64,000 nt of DNA from IMG/VR virus record IMGVR_UViG_3300020365_000001. One strand, given 5' to 3'. This DNA comes from a virus. Its lineage: Duplodnaviria > Caudoviricetes. This document shows, piece by piece, positions 55,009-64,000 of the stretch (position 1 is the first letter of the stretch; each line of letters opens with the position of its first letter). A program made the position numbers and the translations under genes. The notes under the pieces are model-generated. The model saw only the letters and a program-made list of their open reading frames with translations, did no database searches and was not told the DNA's origin.

Positions 55009-56714
55009 GCGAGTCGTGAAAACCCACCAACCTTTTTGAATTCTAGGCAGTGATTGAATTTGTCAAACAGTTCATTCTTATGTGAGATGATGAACACATT
55101 AGCATCTTTGATCACGAACCTGACAATTTTGAGAAACTCTTCGGTTCCAAACCCGTCCAGAGAAGAATCAAATACCTCGTCCATGATTAGTAGATTGGTG
55201 ACGACGCTATTCTTCATACGGGCAATCTCCCTCCAGGTAAACAGGAGAGCAAGGTCAATCCTCATCTTCTCACCCTCACTAAAGGATGGGTAAGAAAACT
55301 TCTCGTGCACTGGAGTTTGAATCTTTTCGTTGAACTCTTCATCAAGGGTAAAGTTGATGTAGAAGTCCATACGTTGCAGATAATCGTTGACAAGTTTGTT
55401 GATCGTAGGAAGATACTTCCTGATGATCGAACTCTTGACACCATCATCCTTTAGGAGAAGTTGTCCCTGAGTCAACAGGTCAAACTCTTCCTTGGTGCTC
55501 TGGATTGTTTCAAGTATAGTTTTTAGACTCTTCTTGTATTCCGATAGTTTTACATCTTCAGCACTTCTGTTCTCAAGTCTATCGGTAATGTCCTGAATTT
55601 CTGATTCCAGATCTCCTTTTCGCTTGGTTGAATTAGAAATCCGAATATTGAACTGAGAAATTTCATTCGAGAGGTTAGTAATCTCCTTTTGCAACTTCAA
55701 GAACTTTTGTTCTTTCTCTTCTTCTGCACTGATTGCCTCCCCAATTTGGGAGAGACTATCCTCATGCTTCTGTAAGAGTTGCTGGAGATGTTCAATTCTA
55801 TTTACCCGAAACGCATCCTCGATAGATTGAGTGCAAGTGGGGCAAACCGTATTGTCTTGGAAGAACTTGATTTCTTCCCCACTGCTATGCTTCTTAGATT
55901 GCAACTTTGCTCGGAACTGTCCGAGTTTCTTTACAGTATCACCTGAAGAAGTATATCCCTTTGCCGCTGTTTGGAGGTCCTCAACTTCTTCAAGAAGATC
56001 AAGGACTTTTTCTTGATACGATGCTGACTCTTGAACCAGAGAGGAGATTTCTTTCTGTTTGGCAACGATATCATTTTGAGATGATTCCTCAATAGTTTTG
56101 ATGAAGCGTTTCTGCATCAGAATTTTGTCTGCTACAGATTCCTTTTTCAAGTCTAACACCTTGAGGTTGTCTTTCGCGTCCTTCAGTTGGAGTTTGATGA
56201 TCTCCAGCATAGAAGAGAACACCTTGATATCCAACAGATCCTCAATCACCTCACGCCGGTTAGCAGCAGTGAGTTGCATGAAAGGAACGAAAGAAGCAGA
56301 CCCAAGAATAACAATTTGGGTAAACGATTTGTAGTTGAGTTTGAGTATCTGTTTTTCCAGATAGTTCTGTTGATCGTTTGCAGAGGAATCCTCATTTAGT
56401 TTAGAACCATCACGGTAGATCTCAAAGATGTTGGGTTTGATACCACGAACAATCTTGTACTCCCTCTTACCAACAGCAAACTCGATCTCTACAACACAGT
56501 CTCGTTCGTTGACAGTGTTGACAAGTTGAGGTTTGTTGACCTTACGAAAAGGTTTCCCAAACAGAGAAAACGTCAGGGCATCCAGGATCGTAGACTTACC
56601 TGCACCATTCTGACCAACAATCAAGGTGTCCTTGTTCTGGTTTAGATGGATGGTGGTAAATTGATTACCTGATGACAAAAAGTTTTTATAACGAATTTGT
56701 TTGAATTCAATCAT
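55005..56714 (-). CDS. gp46: Recombination endonuclease ATPase subunit (gp46, SbcC/Rad50-like)
   Basis: GQNGAGKS, CPTC hook, FSEGE, MDEVFD. Confidence 0.97.
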   Translation of the reverse strand: MIEFKQIRYKNFLSSGNQFTTIHLNQNKDTLIVGQNGAGKSTILDALTFSLFGKPFRKVNKPQLVNTVNERDCVVEIEFAVGKREYKIVRGIKPNIFEIYRDGSKLNEDSSANDQQNYLEKQILKLNYKSFTQIVILGSASFVPFMQLTAANRREVIEDLLDIKVFSSMLEIIKLQLKDAKDNLKVLDLKKESVADKILMQKRFIKTIEESSQNDIVAKQKEISSLVQESASYQEKVLDLLEEVEDLQTAAKGYTSSGDTVKKLGQFRAKLQSKKHSSGEEIKFFQDNTVCPTCTQSIEDAFRVNRIEHLQQLLQKHEDSLSQIGEAISAEEEKEQKFLKLQKEITNLSNEISQFNIRISNSTKRKGDLESEIQDITDRLENRSAEDVKLSEYKKSLKTILETIQSTKEEFDLLTQGQLLLKDDGVKSSIIRKYLPTINKLVNDYLQRMDFYINFTLDEEFNEKIQTPVHEKFSYPSFSEGEKMRIDLALLFTWREIARMKNSVVTNLLIMDEVFDSSLDGFGTEEFLKIVRFVIKDANVFIISHKNELFDKFNHCLEFKKVGGFSRLA

Positions 56715-56970
56715 CCTGTTGGACTGGGATCACAAGATCATCTTTAGTAATGACGGTGTACTTGGTACCCGTCCGTTCACACGCAGCGATTGCTGCTCTG
56801 TCAGCGATGTGTATGACCTCCATAGGGTCCTTACCATCGACCTCCAACATCATAGCATACCTTTCAGCATCGTCCTTCTCAGTGAAGAAAAACACAACCT
56901 TCTCCCCCATGTCATTGATGACTGCAAAGGCACCTTCTTTTTGACCGTTAGCGGGAGTGATTATGTGCAT
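56707..56970 (-). CDS. Conserved hypothetical protein
   Basis: EGAFAV, DDAERYA; coupled between gp47 and gp46. Confidence 0.8.
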   Translation of the reverse strand: MHIITPANGQKEGAFAVINDMGEKVVFFFTEKDDAERYAMMLEVDGKDPMEVIHIADRAAIAACERTGTKYTVITKDDLVIPVQQDD

Positions 56971-58010
56971 TAGATTGCTTCACATGCTTGCTGGTAAGTG
57001 TTTCGTAGAATATCTTTTATGCGTGATTTATTTAGTTCTGTCTCTAAATCATCGACATACCTGTTGAGAAGAGTCATGGTGTCTTCTGTCTGCTGTACGA
57101 TCTCATCATCCATTGCAATCATCTCTGACCGCTCAATGATTTTGATCTCTACAGGGTTTGCTTTCTGAAGAGACTCTAGGAAGAGATCAAACTCTTTCTC
57201 CTTACTCTTCTTGAACACAACTACCTTGACAATCTTATCTCTATACTCAGCGAACTTGAACAGTTGACGAGGAGTGTCTTCGTACTTGATAACCTTATAC
57301 AACTCGTGAGAGTTGTTGATGTTCTTCATCTCAAAGGTTTCTGTATCAAACGTAATGCATCCTCTAGGGTCATTCACATCACTCCAGAACATCTGGTAAG
57401 GATTACCAATATAATAGATCTTACCGTTGCTAGATCTGGTGTGGAAGTGTCCCGACAATACCTTATCAAACTTCTGATACGCATCAATGTCATTGCCATG
57501 TTCCATGACATGACCATGGGTGGCAACAAAACCATTCAGTTCTAGGTGACCCATAGCAACCTTTGCTTTAGTTGCTTTGATCTCCTTATAAGTTTCGTCT
57601 CGGTTCTCGTTATTGATCCAAGGGATAAACAAGATTGGCAGACCACATACATCTATCTCCTCACACTGACTAACAATACGAATGTTGTCGTACTCTCGTA
57701 GGAGTAGATCGATAGTATTGATGTCGTTAGTGTTCTTATAGTATGCGGTGTGGTTGCCCACAACAGACACCACAGATACTCCCATATCTCGGAGACGGTC
57801 GAAGTAATGTGTCTTCGCCCAATCCAAAGAATATAGGTCAACACCTTTGCGGTTGTCAAAAGTATCTCCAAGGTCGAGAACAGTTTTGATACCTTCTCTT
57901 TGAAGCATTGGAAAGAAATCTTCCTCATAGAACTTCAAAAAGTAATCATGGTATACCTTAGATCCTTTCTTGAAACCAAAGTGTTGGTCCGTGATGATAG
58001 CAACTTTCAT
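56970..58010 (-). CDS. gp47: Recombination endonuclease nuclease subunit (gp47, SbcD/Mre11-like)
   Basis: TDQHFG, GDTFD, GNH, SGHFH. Confidence 0.97.
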   Translation of the reverse strand: MKVAIITDQHFGFKKGSKVYHDYFLKFYEEDFFPMLQREGIKTVLDLGDTFDNRKGVDLYSLDWAKTHYFDRLRDMGVSVVSVVGNHTAYYKNTNDINTIDLLLREYDNIRIVSQCEEIDVCGLPILFIPWINNENRDETYKEIKATKAKVAMGHLELNGFVATHGHVMEHGNDIDAYQKFDKVLSGHFHTRSSNGKIYYIGNPYQMFWSDVNDPRGCITFDTETFEMKNINNSHELYKVIKYEDTPRQLFKFAEYRDKIVKVVVFKKSKEKEFDLFLESLQKANPVEIKIIERSEMIAMDDEIVQQTEDTMTLLNRYVDDLETELNKSRIKDILRNTYQQACEAI

Positions 58011-58639
58011 GCTCCGTCTTCGGTCTTGTACATCCATTCTTCAGTATGTCCCACTGACCACTTGTCAGAGTTTTCAACTCTATAGTTCTGTGTACAGACT
58101 TTGAAGTCAGGCATTTTTGTGTTCTCTGGGATAAGACTCATGTCTTTCCAGATCACCCGGTTGTTGGGTTGTGCAGCAAACTGTCCGTTGTCCAGTTTGA
58201 TAATATTGAATGATTTATGCTCGGGATCGTCTTCACTGAACCCAGTGTTTAGGGTAGAAGATTCGCTATGGCAGCAATCAATGGTGAACATGTACTCACC
58301 AGGATGCATTTCTTTATCTTTACCAAAGAATTCACACCTTGACAGCATGGGTTTCTCGATTACAGTGAGGTTGTAATCAAAAGCATCCCAGAGTTGCAGG
58401 GTGTCAAGAGACAGATCGCCATGATCTTCCTTCCAGACAAATGCACTCAGGGGAAGTTTGTCAAACAGAGCACCGTACTCAGGAAGCAGGGTCTCAAAGT
58501 AAAGTGCTTTGTACTGAACACTTTTTACACTGACCCAGATGCCCTCCGTAAATTCACCATGACCACGTTCATGATCATAGAGGAATTCCTTCCTAACCTT
58601 GACGGGAACAGGAGGTAAGTTATGAACTAGGAATGCCAT
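58007..58639 (-). CDS. Conserved hypothetical protein
   Basis: VRKEFLYD, LQLWD, EHKS, NGQFAAQPNNR. Confidence 0.85.
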   Translation of the reverse strand: MAFLVHNLPPVPVKVRKEFLYDHERGHGEFTEGIWVSVKSVQYKALYFETLLPEYGALFDKLPLSAFVWKEDHGDLSLDTLQLWDAFDYNLTVIEKPMLSRCEFFGKDKEMHPGEYMFTIDCCHSESSTLNTGFSEDDPEHKSFNIIKLDNGQFAAQPNNRVIWKDMSLIPENTKMPDFKVCTQNYRVENSDKWSVGHTEEWMYKTEDGA

Positions 58640-58902
58640 TAGGACTTCTTCGACGCTTCTGGGGATTGATATCCGTAAAGTTTGGGGTTGATTCTACCGT
58701 TCGTCTGATCAAATCTAATAAAGTTCTTCTTATACTTGTCGTAATAGTGATCAAAAAGTTCTACTGTCTTATTTGCAGTACTAATGTCGTAGGTTTCTAC
58801 ACCATCAACCAGATATGTAACTAGGTATGCAGTGTAAGGCAATCCGGTATCGTTTGCCTTTTCTTTGTCACACTTTTCAAAGAGGATGTTTACTTTTGTC
58901 AT
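58639..58902 (-). CDS. Conserved hypothetical protein
   Basis: LPYTAYLV, FDHYYDKY, GRINPKL. Confidence 0.8.
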   Translation of the reverse strand: MTKVNILFEKCDKEKANDTGLPYTAYLVTYLVDGVETYDISTANKTVELFDHYYDKYKKNFIRFDQTNGRINPKLYGYQSPEASKKS

Positions 58903-59111
58903 CTACGAAATCTGCGGGATTGAGCACGGAATTCTGGGCGTTGGACTTGTTCTCGATAATCTTCTTTCGCTTGACTAACAACTTTGCCAAGCATTTCCAT
59001 TACCTTGAGGACTTCCTCAGTTGTTGCCTGGGGAATTTGATCCTGCACATAACGATACTTAGCAAAGAACTCTTCGCCATAGTATTCGTAATCATCTACA
59101 GTAATTGTCAT
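58899..59111 (-). CDS. Hypothetical protein
   Basis: Coupled to gp55. Confidence 0.7.
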   Translation of the reverse strand: MTITVDDYEYYGEEFFAKYRYVQDQIPQATTEEVLKVMEMLGKVVSQAKEDYREQVQRPEFRAQSRRFRR

Positions 59112-59578
59112 CGGTAGTTGTTGCGATACTGAACTGCGTCTTTGATTGAGTTGTATTCAGAGGATCTGTCCATTTCGTCTGCGACGAAAACTTCGTCAAA
59201 CCCAGATCGTTCGATAATTTTTTGTCTGATTTCTAGTTGCTTCTTCTCCTTCTGGATACGACGAAGGAAAGCGTAGTGGATAATTTGGGTGAAGTATGCG
59301 AAAGGATTCTTAGATTTTTCTGGATTGAAGTTATTGATATACTGAACACAGTTCTCAATCCCGTCACAGATCATGTCATCCTTGAACATGTAGTTGACGA
59401 AGTTGGGCTTGTAAGACAAGTGAGTAGCAATCTTTAGAAAGCATTCTCCAAGGTAGTTCGTAATCCTAGGTTTAGGTTGACCTAGTGCTTCAGCGTCAGT
59501 GATAGACTGCTTGTAAGCAATGATGGCAGCAAGGAACTCCTTATTGTTTACATAATGTTCAGATCTTTTACGTGTCAT
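59108..59578 (-). CDS. gp55: Late-transcription sigma factor (gp55)
   Basis: HYVNNKEF, NFVNY, NPFAYFTQI, AFLRRI. Confidence 0.97.
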   Translation of the reverse strand: MTRKRSEHYVNNKEFLAAIIAYKQSITDAEALGQPKPRITNYLGECFLKIATHLSYKPNFVNYMFKDDMICDGIENCVQYINNFNPEKSKNPFAYFTQIIHYAFLRRIQKEKKQLEIRQKIIERSGFDEVFVADEMDRSSEYNSIKDAVQYRNNYR

Positions 59579-59600
59579 TTTGTAGACATTTCATATGGAT

Positions 59601-59642
59601 ATTATAGCACAGCTTGACAGAAGTGCCAAATGTCTGTAGAAT
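59601..59642. promoter_or_regulatory. Overlapping divergent sigma70 promoters
   Basis: Minus strand TTGGCA-17-TATAAT (59629-59601); plus strand TTGACA-17-TAGAAT (59614-59642). Confidence 0.7.
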
Positions 59643-59674
59643 AACTCTGTCAGGGTTCATCGGGGGGTTGTAGC

Positions 59675-60115
59675 TTAGCTTTGAGTATCTTTAGAAGCAT
59701 CTTCAGCACTATAGAGTTCCTCAAAGGTCTTCCTTGCCTTATCTACGTTGTTCACATATCCCATCTCTTTAGTAAGATCTGGATGTTGTCTAGAGAACCC
59801 AGAAGCAACAACCTGATTATAAGTAGCAATAACGAACTCATCCTTGATCTCACTGAGAGTGATGATACGGTTGAGATCGACTATGAATATATCTTCATCT
59901 GACATCTTCATCCAAGGTTCAAATTTATATCCCAACGGGATATTCGCACCAGGGGTGCGAACCTCTTCACATACAACAGGATTCTCTAGGATAATCTTCT
60001 CATCATCATCTGCATTGACGATTACAGCGGACAGGATCTCCTCTCCACTTACCATCTTGATGGCAGCAAGAAATTCATCATAGGGTTCATTAGATCTTGA
60101 CTTGGATGATGTCAT
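59675..60115 (-). CDS. Conserved hypothetical protein between uvsW and gp55
   Basis: IKMVSGEEI, PWMK, MGYV. Confidence 0.8.
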   Translation of the reverse strand: MTSSKSRSNEPYDEFLAAIKMVSGEEILSAVIVNADDDEKIILENPVVCEEVRTPGANIPLGYKFEPWMKMSDEDIFIVDLNRIITLSEIKDEFVIATYNQVVASGFSRQHPDLTKEMGYVNNVDKARKTFEELYSAEDASKDTQS

Positions 60116-61538
60116 AGTTGAATTTCTCTTCGTTATAGTATTTGATTCTTTCGATAAGATGATTCAGAGTATAGTTTTGCCTCTGATTCTTCTTACAATC
60201 ATCTGCTATGTCGTATAGAGTTGCTTTTAGTTTAGAGTCACTTTTCCTCAGAACTCGTCCAATTGACTGTAATGTTCTAATTCGAGATTTACTAGGTGAA
60301 GCAAAAATAACGTTGTGTAAATTTTTGATATTGATCCCGGTAGAAAATGTACCGAATGATGCAATGATAATAGCGTTCGATTCTGTTTCCGCTATACTCC
60401 GTACTGATTCTCTTTCTTCAACGTCCACGCCTCCGTGGATAAAGAAAACTTTCCGGTCACTCCTATTTATCAGGTTGTAAAGGACCTCTCCGTGTGCCTC
60501 AACACGACTGAATAGAATCAGGGTGTTGCCTTCAATGTCCCACACTAGGTTTTTGATGAAGTTGTTTCTCTTATCGTGACCGATGAGATACTGAACTTCG
60601 TCCTCATACCTCTCAAAGATTTGAGGTTCGTGCTTTAGTAGTAGGACCTTGATGTTTAGTGTAGCAAGATAACCTGCTTCTTGCAGTTCGCTGGTATTGA
60701 TAATCTTGTAGGATGGACCGAACAATCCTTCTAGCACCCACTTGTGTGTCTGTGTGCCATCTAGGGTGCCTGTGAACCCGTATCGATATGGGGTGTCATA
60801 CATCTTGCCCATGATCCCTACAAGGGATTTGGACTTGAAGTTGTGTGCCTCGTCACCTATGACCACATCAAACTGCCTGAACCACTTTTTGTCAAGCTTG
60901 TAAATTGACTGCCATGTTGATATAATAATCGGAAGATCGCTGTTCATCTCCTTGCCACCGTAGATGCGGTGACAATAACTTTCAGCATCCCAACCATAGT
61001 CTTCAAAGTCCTTGTACATCTGCTCTACAAGAGATGTTGTGGGGACAATGATTAGAATTCTTCTTTGCTTGGCAGTATGGTATCTGGTGACCGCATAGAT
61101 CATTAGAGATTTGCCAGATCCTGTAGGAGAGATTAGCAATCTTCTCCTTCTAACCAATGCATCGTATACACCGTCTATCTGATATTCCCTAGGTTTATGC
61201 CGCGAGATCTTAGTCAACCAATCCTTGATACCCTCTTTGGATATGCCTTCCTCTTCTTGGTATGGCAGACCGTAGTGTTTGGAATTCTCGAACTCAAACG
61301 TGTATGCGTATCTCTTACAGAACTGGCACAGTTTATCCAGCAGACCTACGTAGATCTCACGCTTCTGGATATTGAACAGACGTATTTTGCCATCCCAATA
61401 CTTGCTCCTGTACTGAGGCATGAACTTTGCCCCAGGTACATCAAACGTGAATTGATCTTGTAGTTCGTATTGAATGTGTGGATCACACTCTACGACCAGG
61501 AAGACTTCATTCTTTTTTCTAATAACAAGATCAGCCAT
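60090..61538 (-). CDS. uvsW: SF2 helicase UvsW
   Basis: SPTGSGKS, DEAH, TGT, QSIGRVLR. Confidence 0.97.
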   Translation of the reverse strand: MADLVIRKKNEVFLVVECDPHIQYELQDQFTFDVPGAKFMPQYRSKYWDGKIRLFNIQKREIYVGLLDKLCQFCKRYAYTFEFENSKHYGLPYQEEEGISKEGIKDWLTKISRHKPREYQIDGVYDALVRRRRLLISPTGSGKSLMIYAVTRYHTAKQRRILIIVPTTSLVEQMYKDFEDYGWDAESYCHRIYGGKEMNSDLPIIISTWQSIYKLDKKWFRQFDVVIGDEAHNFKSKSLVGIMGKMYDTPYRYGFTGTLDGTQTHKWVLEGLFGPSYKIINTSELQEAGYLATLNIKVLLLKHEPQIFERYEDEVQYLIGHDKRNNFIKNLVWDIEGNTLILFSRVEAHGEVLYNLINRSDRKVFFIHGGVDVEERESVRSIAETESNAIIIASFGTFSTGINIKNLHNVIFASPSKSRIRTLQSIGRVLRKSDSKLKATLYDIADDCKKNQRQNYTLNHLIERIKYYNEEKFNYDIIQVKI

Positions 61539-61989
61539 AACCGGAAGAGAACCTTCTCCACTCAATCGCATTCTTGATCTGATACGTTCGGTTCGACACC
61601 TGCCTCAGAATCTCTTCCAAGTATTTCAGCATCGTATCGAAGTACTCGATCTTTAGTTTGATTTTCGATAACTTCTCATCAGACTCAAGATATAACTTGA
61701 GGTCATCTTTATCTCTGATTTTGTAAGGGAATGGTTCTGCCTCATATACAGCAGCAGTCGCCTTACCAGTGTAAAATTTTCTTCTCTCCAGCAGTAACGT
61801 GCTATAAGTTTGCTCGTTCTGCTTCCGCATCAGAAGTATTGTATTATATATCTCATAATACTTGGCGTGTATTTGAGGAATCTTCAAAGACTCGGTGTCC
61901 AGTTCATCCTGGTTCATCACCGAATCTTTTTTCCACATCTCCTGAATAACTTCAATATTACAGGGATTAGACTTTCTTTCCATTGACAT
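61531..61989 (-). CDS. uvsY: Recombination mediator UvsY
   Basis: ESLKIPQIHAKY, YQIKNAIEW; synteny; start may be 61983. Confidence 0.9.
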   Translation of the reverse strand: MSMERKSNPCNIEVIQEMWKKDSVMNQDELDTESLKIPQIHAKYYEIYNTILLMRKQNEQTYSTLLLERRKFYTGKATAAVYEAEPFPYKIRDKDDLKLYLESDEKLSKIKLKIEYFDTMLKYLEEILRQVSNRTYQIKNAIEWRRFSSGYG

Positions 61990-62548
61990 CGATCACATCA
62001 TAAATGGTGTACTTGAATGATACCGTAGCGGTAAAATATCGTTCCTCAGTTTCAACGGCACTAAACGGAATGCCAGATAATGATACAGGAAATAGATCCT
62101 TGAACACAACCCTTAGACTGGGTTGATAGTTGCTATTCAGAACTACCAAGGTTCCATCAGAACGCTCATTGAACGGAGCATCTTCTGCTGGATAGAACCT
62201 ACTGTTCCTTTTTAGATCGTCATACTGTTGCAAGGACTCTGGGTATCCTAGTCCTGTGATCCAGTCGTAGATCTGTAGATAGTTTTCGCAGTCCTCGTCA
62301 ACAATAAAATCTAATTGCAGATCTTCGTACTCCAGTTTGTCTCCAGGAACAGGAATGTTCTTGAGATACGTGGATTGGTTTGCAGTCCCTAGTGAGATTG
62401 TAGGGAGGTTTGCACGATTGCAATAGAAGTCAACTTTAGGACATCTGTTCAAAATAAAATTGAACCCAACAATACTCAGGAAATTCCTGTTGTTGGGTTC
62501 GTTCAGTGTATATGGTGGAGTTGCACTCCTGACCCGAGTTTCAGACAC
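61967..62548 (-). CDS. gp3: Tail completion / sheath stabiliser (gp3-like)
   Basis: NFLS, ANLP, PVPGDKLEY, FIVDE, FKDLFPVSL; ATAAATA at 62572-62578. Confidence 0.85.
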   Translation of the reverse strand: MSETRVRSATPPYTLNEPNNRNFLSIVGFNFILNRCPKVDFYCNRANLPTISLGTANQSTYLKNIPVPGDKLEYEDLQLDFIVDEDCENYLQIYDWITGLGYPESLQQYDDLKRNSRFYPAEDAPFNERSDGTLVVLNSNYQPSLRVVFKDLFPVSLSGIPFSAVETEERYFTATVSFKYTIYDVIDVNGKKV

Positions 62549-62574
62549 TGCTCATAGACTATCTATCGAGCTAT

Positions 62575-62742
62575 TTATGCCTTATACTCTTGGAGCATAT
62601 CTAGACAACGATTGAGCATTGTATGAGCACCCTCATGCCAGTCAGCATTGCGGGCGGTCCACTGACCATTGTACAGTTCGTTCTTTAGTTTTAGAACTCG
62701 GCAGTTGAGTTCGTCTTTAGTCACAGAGTTCCTTGGCATCAT
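62575..62742 (-). CDS. Small hypothetical protein
   Basis: MMPRNSVTKDELNCRVLKLKNELY...; start re-chosen. Confidence 0.7.
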   Translation of the reverse strand: MMPRNSVTKDELNCRVLKLKNELYNGQWTARNADWHEGAHTMLNRCLDMLQEYKA

Positions 62743-62930
62743 ACGTGTAGCGTTTGGACGTACTCCAACACCCTCGCACGAATGCTCATGAGTTCGTTGT
62801 AGCACTTTTGGTTGTGGGCACATGAACGGAGAGTGTTGTCAGGTTTGTGAACAGATTCTATAAACAAATCTACTGCTCGATTCCACTTGTCTTCTTGGGA
62901 ATCGACGGGCACACTGTTCTGATCCTGCAT
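62739..62930 (-). CDS. Small conserved hypothetical protein
   Basis: KWNRAVDLFIESVHKPD...CAHNQKCYNELM. Confidence 0.75.
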   Translation of the reverse strand: MQDQNSVPVDSQEDKWNRAVDLFIESVHKPDNTLRSCAHNQKCYNELMSIRARVLEYVQTLHV

Positions 62931-62966
62931 AGCAAATCCAATTCAATGACATTCTACCATATGTAT

Positions 62967-62995
62967 AAAAAAAACCCCCGGTGGGGGCGGGGGTT
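62967..62995 (-). terminator. Intrinsic terminator
   Basis: AACCCCCG...CGGGGGTT followed by a T-run. Confidence 0.8.
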
Positions 62996-63173
62996 ACATG
63001 AGAATCTCTTTGCAAATCCTTTTGCACGATCCCTGTGTCTCGTCACATTCAATCAGACACTCATAGTAGTCGTTCAATAGAGTCATCCTCGCTTCGGTTT
63101 CCTCTAAACTTTCTACTGATTTTTCTAAACGACCCCATTCAGTCAATTGGTTGCTGGAGAGTAAATTACGCAT
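62994..63173 (-). CDS. 59-aa protein with Cx3C-x6-Cx3C motif
   Basis: Hand-translated MRNLLSSNQLTEW...NDYYECLIECDETQGSCKRICKEILM; has its own promoter and terminator. Confidence 0.8.
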   Translation of the reverse strand: MRNLLSSNQLTEWGRLEKSVESLEETEARMTLLNDYYECLIECDETQGSCKRICKEILM

Positions 63174-63293
63174 AAGAATTCTTAGAGACTACATTGCTGG
63201 TCTTTCACTTCATGGCATCTCCGTAATGCTCAGTATATAGACTTGTTTGTGTTAGTTCACTAACATTTGTAATTTCGTTACAAGACTTTAGAC

Positions 63294-63321
63294 AAAAAAA
63301 AGGACCCCCGAAGGAGTCCTT
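63294..63321 (-). terminator. Intrinsic terminator after gp23
   Basis: AGGACTCC-TTCG-GGGGTCCT followed by a T-run. Confidence 0.9.
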
Positions 63322-63340
63322 GTAAGTATGTGAACCGTGA

Positions 63341-64000
63341 TCACATGAGGTTTTGGACCTTGACCCGACGATAGTAGGTGTTGGAACCAGCGGTGATACG
63401 ACCAAGACCCTGAGTAGTGCCTTCAGCGTAGGGGTTCGAGACCATGCCGTAGCGGGTCTTGAATCCGATCTTGGGCTGGAAGGTGTCCTGACCAACGGCA
63501 CGCACCATTTGCAGGGGCACGTAGGGGCAATAGAACAGACCAGCGTCATAAGGGTTAGAACCCTTGTAACCCATCACGTAGTATTGATCGGCGCTGAGGT
63601 TGGCAGCGAAAGGATCAATGTAGACGCGATAGCGACCGTTCATCACACCAGCGAAGGTGTTACCGGTGTCATCAACGTTCAGGTTGCTGTTGAGAGCAGG
63701 GGTGTAGTCCAGTTGACCAGCGGCGGTCAGAGCAGAGGCAACATCAGCGGAGCAAAGGATGATGTTACCCTTCCCGCGACGAGTCTCTTGGGCGATTGCG
63801 TTAGCGTCACGCTCCAGACCGAAGATCATACCCTTGAACTTCTCAACCATCCAACGTCCGTTGGAGTCGGTGTCGAGGTCGAACACGCCAGAGGTGGCAG
63901 TGTTGGTTTGGGCACCAGGCTTAGCAGCCTTGTAGATGGTACGGATGATCTCGCGGTTGATCTCAGCAAGAATCTCAGTGCTGAGGATGTTAGCGAGTTC
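63341..64000 (-). CDS. gp23: Major capsid protein (gp23), 5' end outside the window
   Basis: ELANILSTEILAEINREI, RRGKGN, YCPYVPL, FQPKIGFKTRYG. Confidence 0.98.
   Translation of the reverse strand, partial: ELANILSTEILAEINREIIRTIYKAAKPGAQTNTATSGVFDLDTDSNGRWMVEKFKGMIFGLERDANAIAQETRRGKGNIILCSADVASALTAAGQLDYTPALNSNLNVDDTGNTFAGVMNGRYRVYIDPFAANLSADQYYVMGYKGSNPYDAGLFYCPYVPLQMVRAVGQDTFQPKIGFKTRYGMVSNPYAEGTTQGLGRITAGSNTYYRRVKVQNLM

Noticed and set aside
62994-63173. CP12 assignment for the Cys-rich microprotein
   Set aside because: No AWD-VEEL core, and the Cys spacing differs.
63205-63549. 114-aa ORF overlapping the gp23 3' end
   Set aside because: It crosses the gp23 terminator and the next promoter; only its final ATG-AAG-TGA is of interest.
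1-64000. tRNA genes, CRISPR arrays, IS elements
   Set aside because: No cloverleaf with a T-loop motif, repeat-spacer array or transposase was seen in the short intergenic gaps (by eye only).

Overview
A 64-kb segment of a T4-like marine cyanomyovirus (Kyanoviridae-type) genome, almost entirely coded on the minus strand. In transcription order (right to left) it holds: the 3' part of major capsid gp23, gp3, uvsY, uvsW, late sigma gp55, gp47/gp46, two tandem outer-membrane beta-barrel genes, an hli cluster, gp45/gp44/gp62, a Dam-type methylase, PTOX, an amidinotransferase, regA, hsp20, gp43, uvsX, gp41 and mazG. Next come a DUF2061/TRAP-binding-protein/PP-loop insert, Lys/Glu-rich putative head proteins, gp61, nrdA/nrdB, a small ndhP missed by the ORF track, zwf, gnd, a plus-strand trio of secreted-type proteins, talC and a ~10-kb nucleotide-sugar/glycosyltransferase island. 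The strongest non-gene signal: by eye I found no TTAA anywhere in the window, while all other 4-bp palindromes occur. Two orphan PD-(D/E)xK-like nucleases are candidate causes, as is a host TTAA-specific defence. I found no tRNA, rRNA, CRISPR array, intron or intein. All calls come from motif recognition without database searches.
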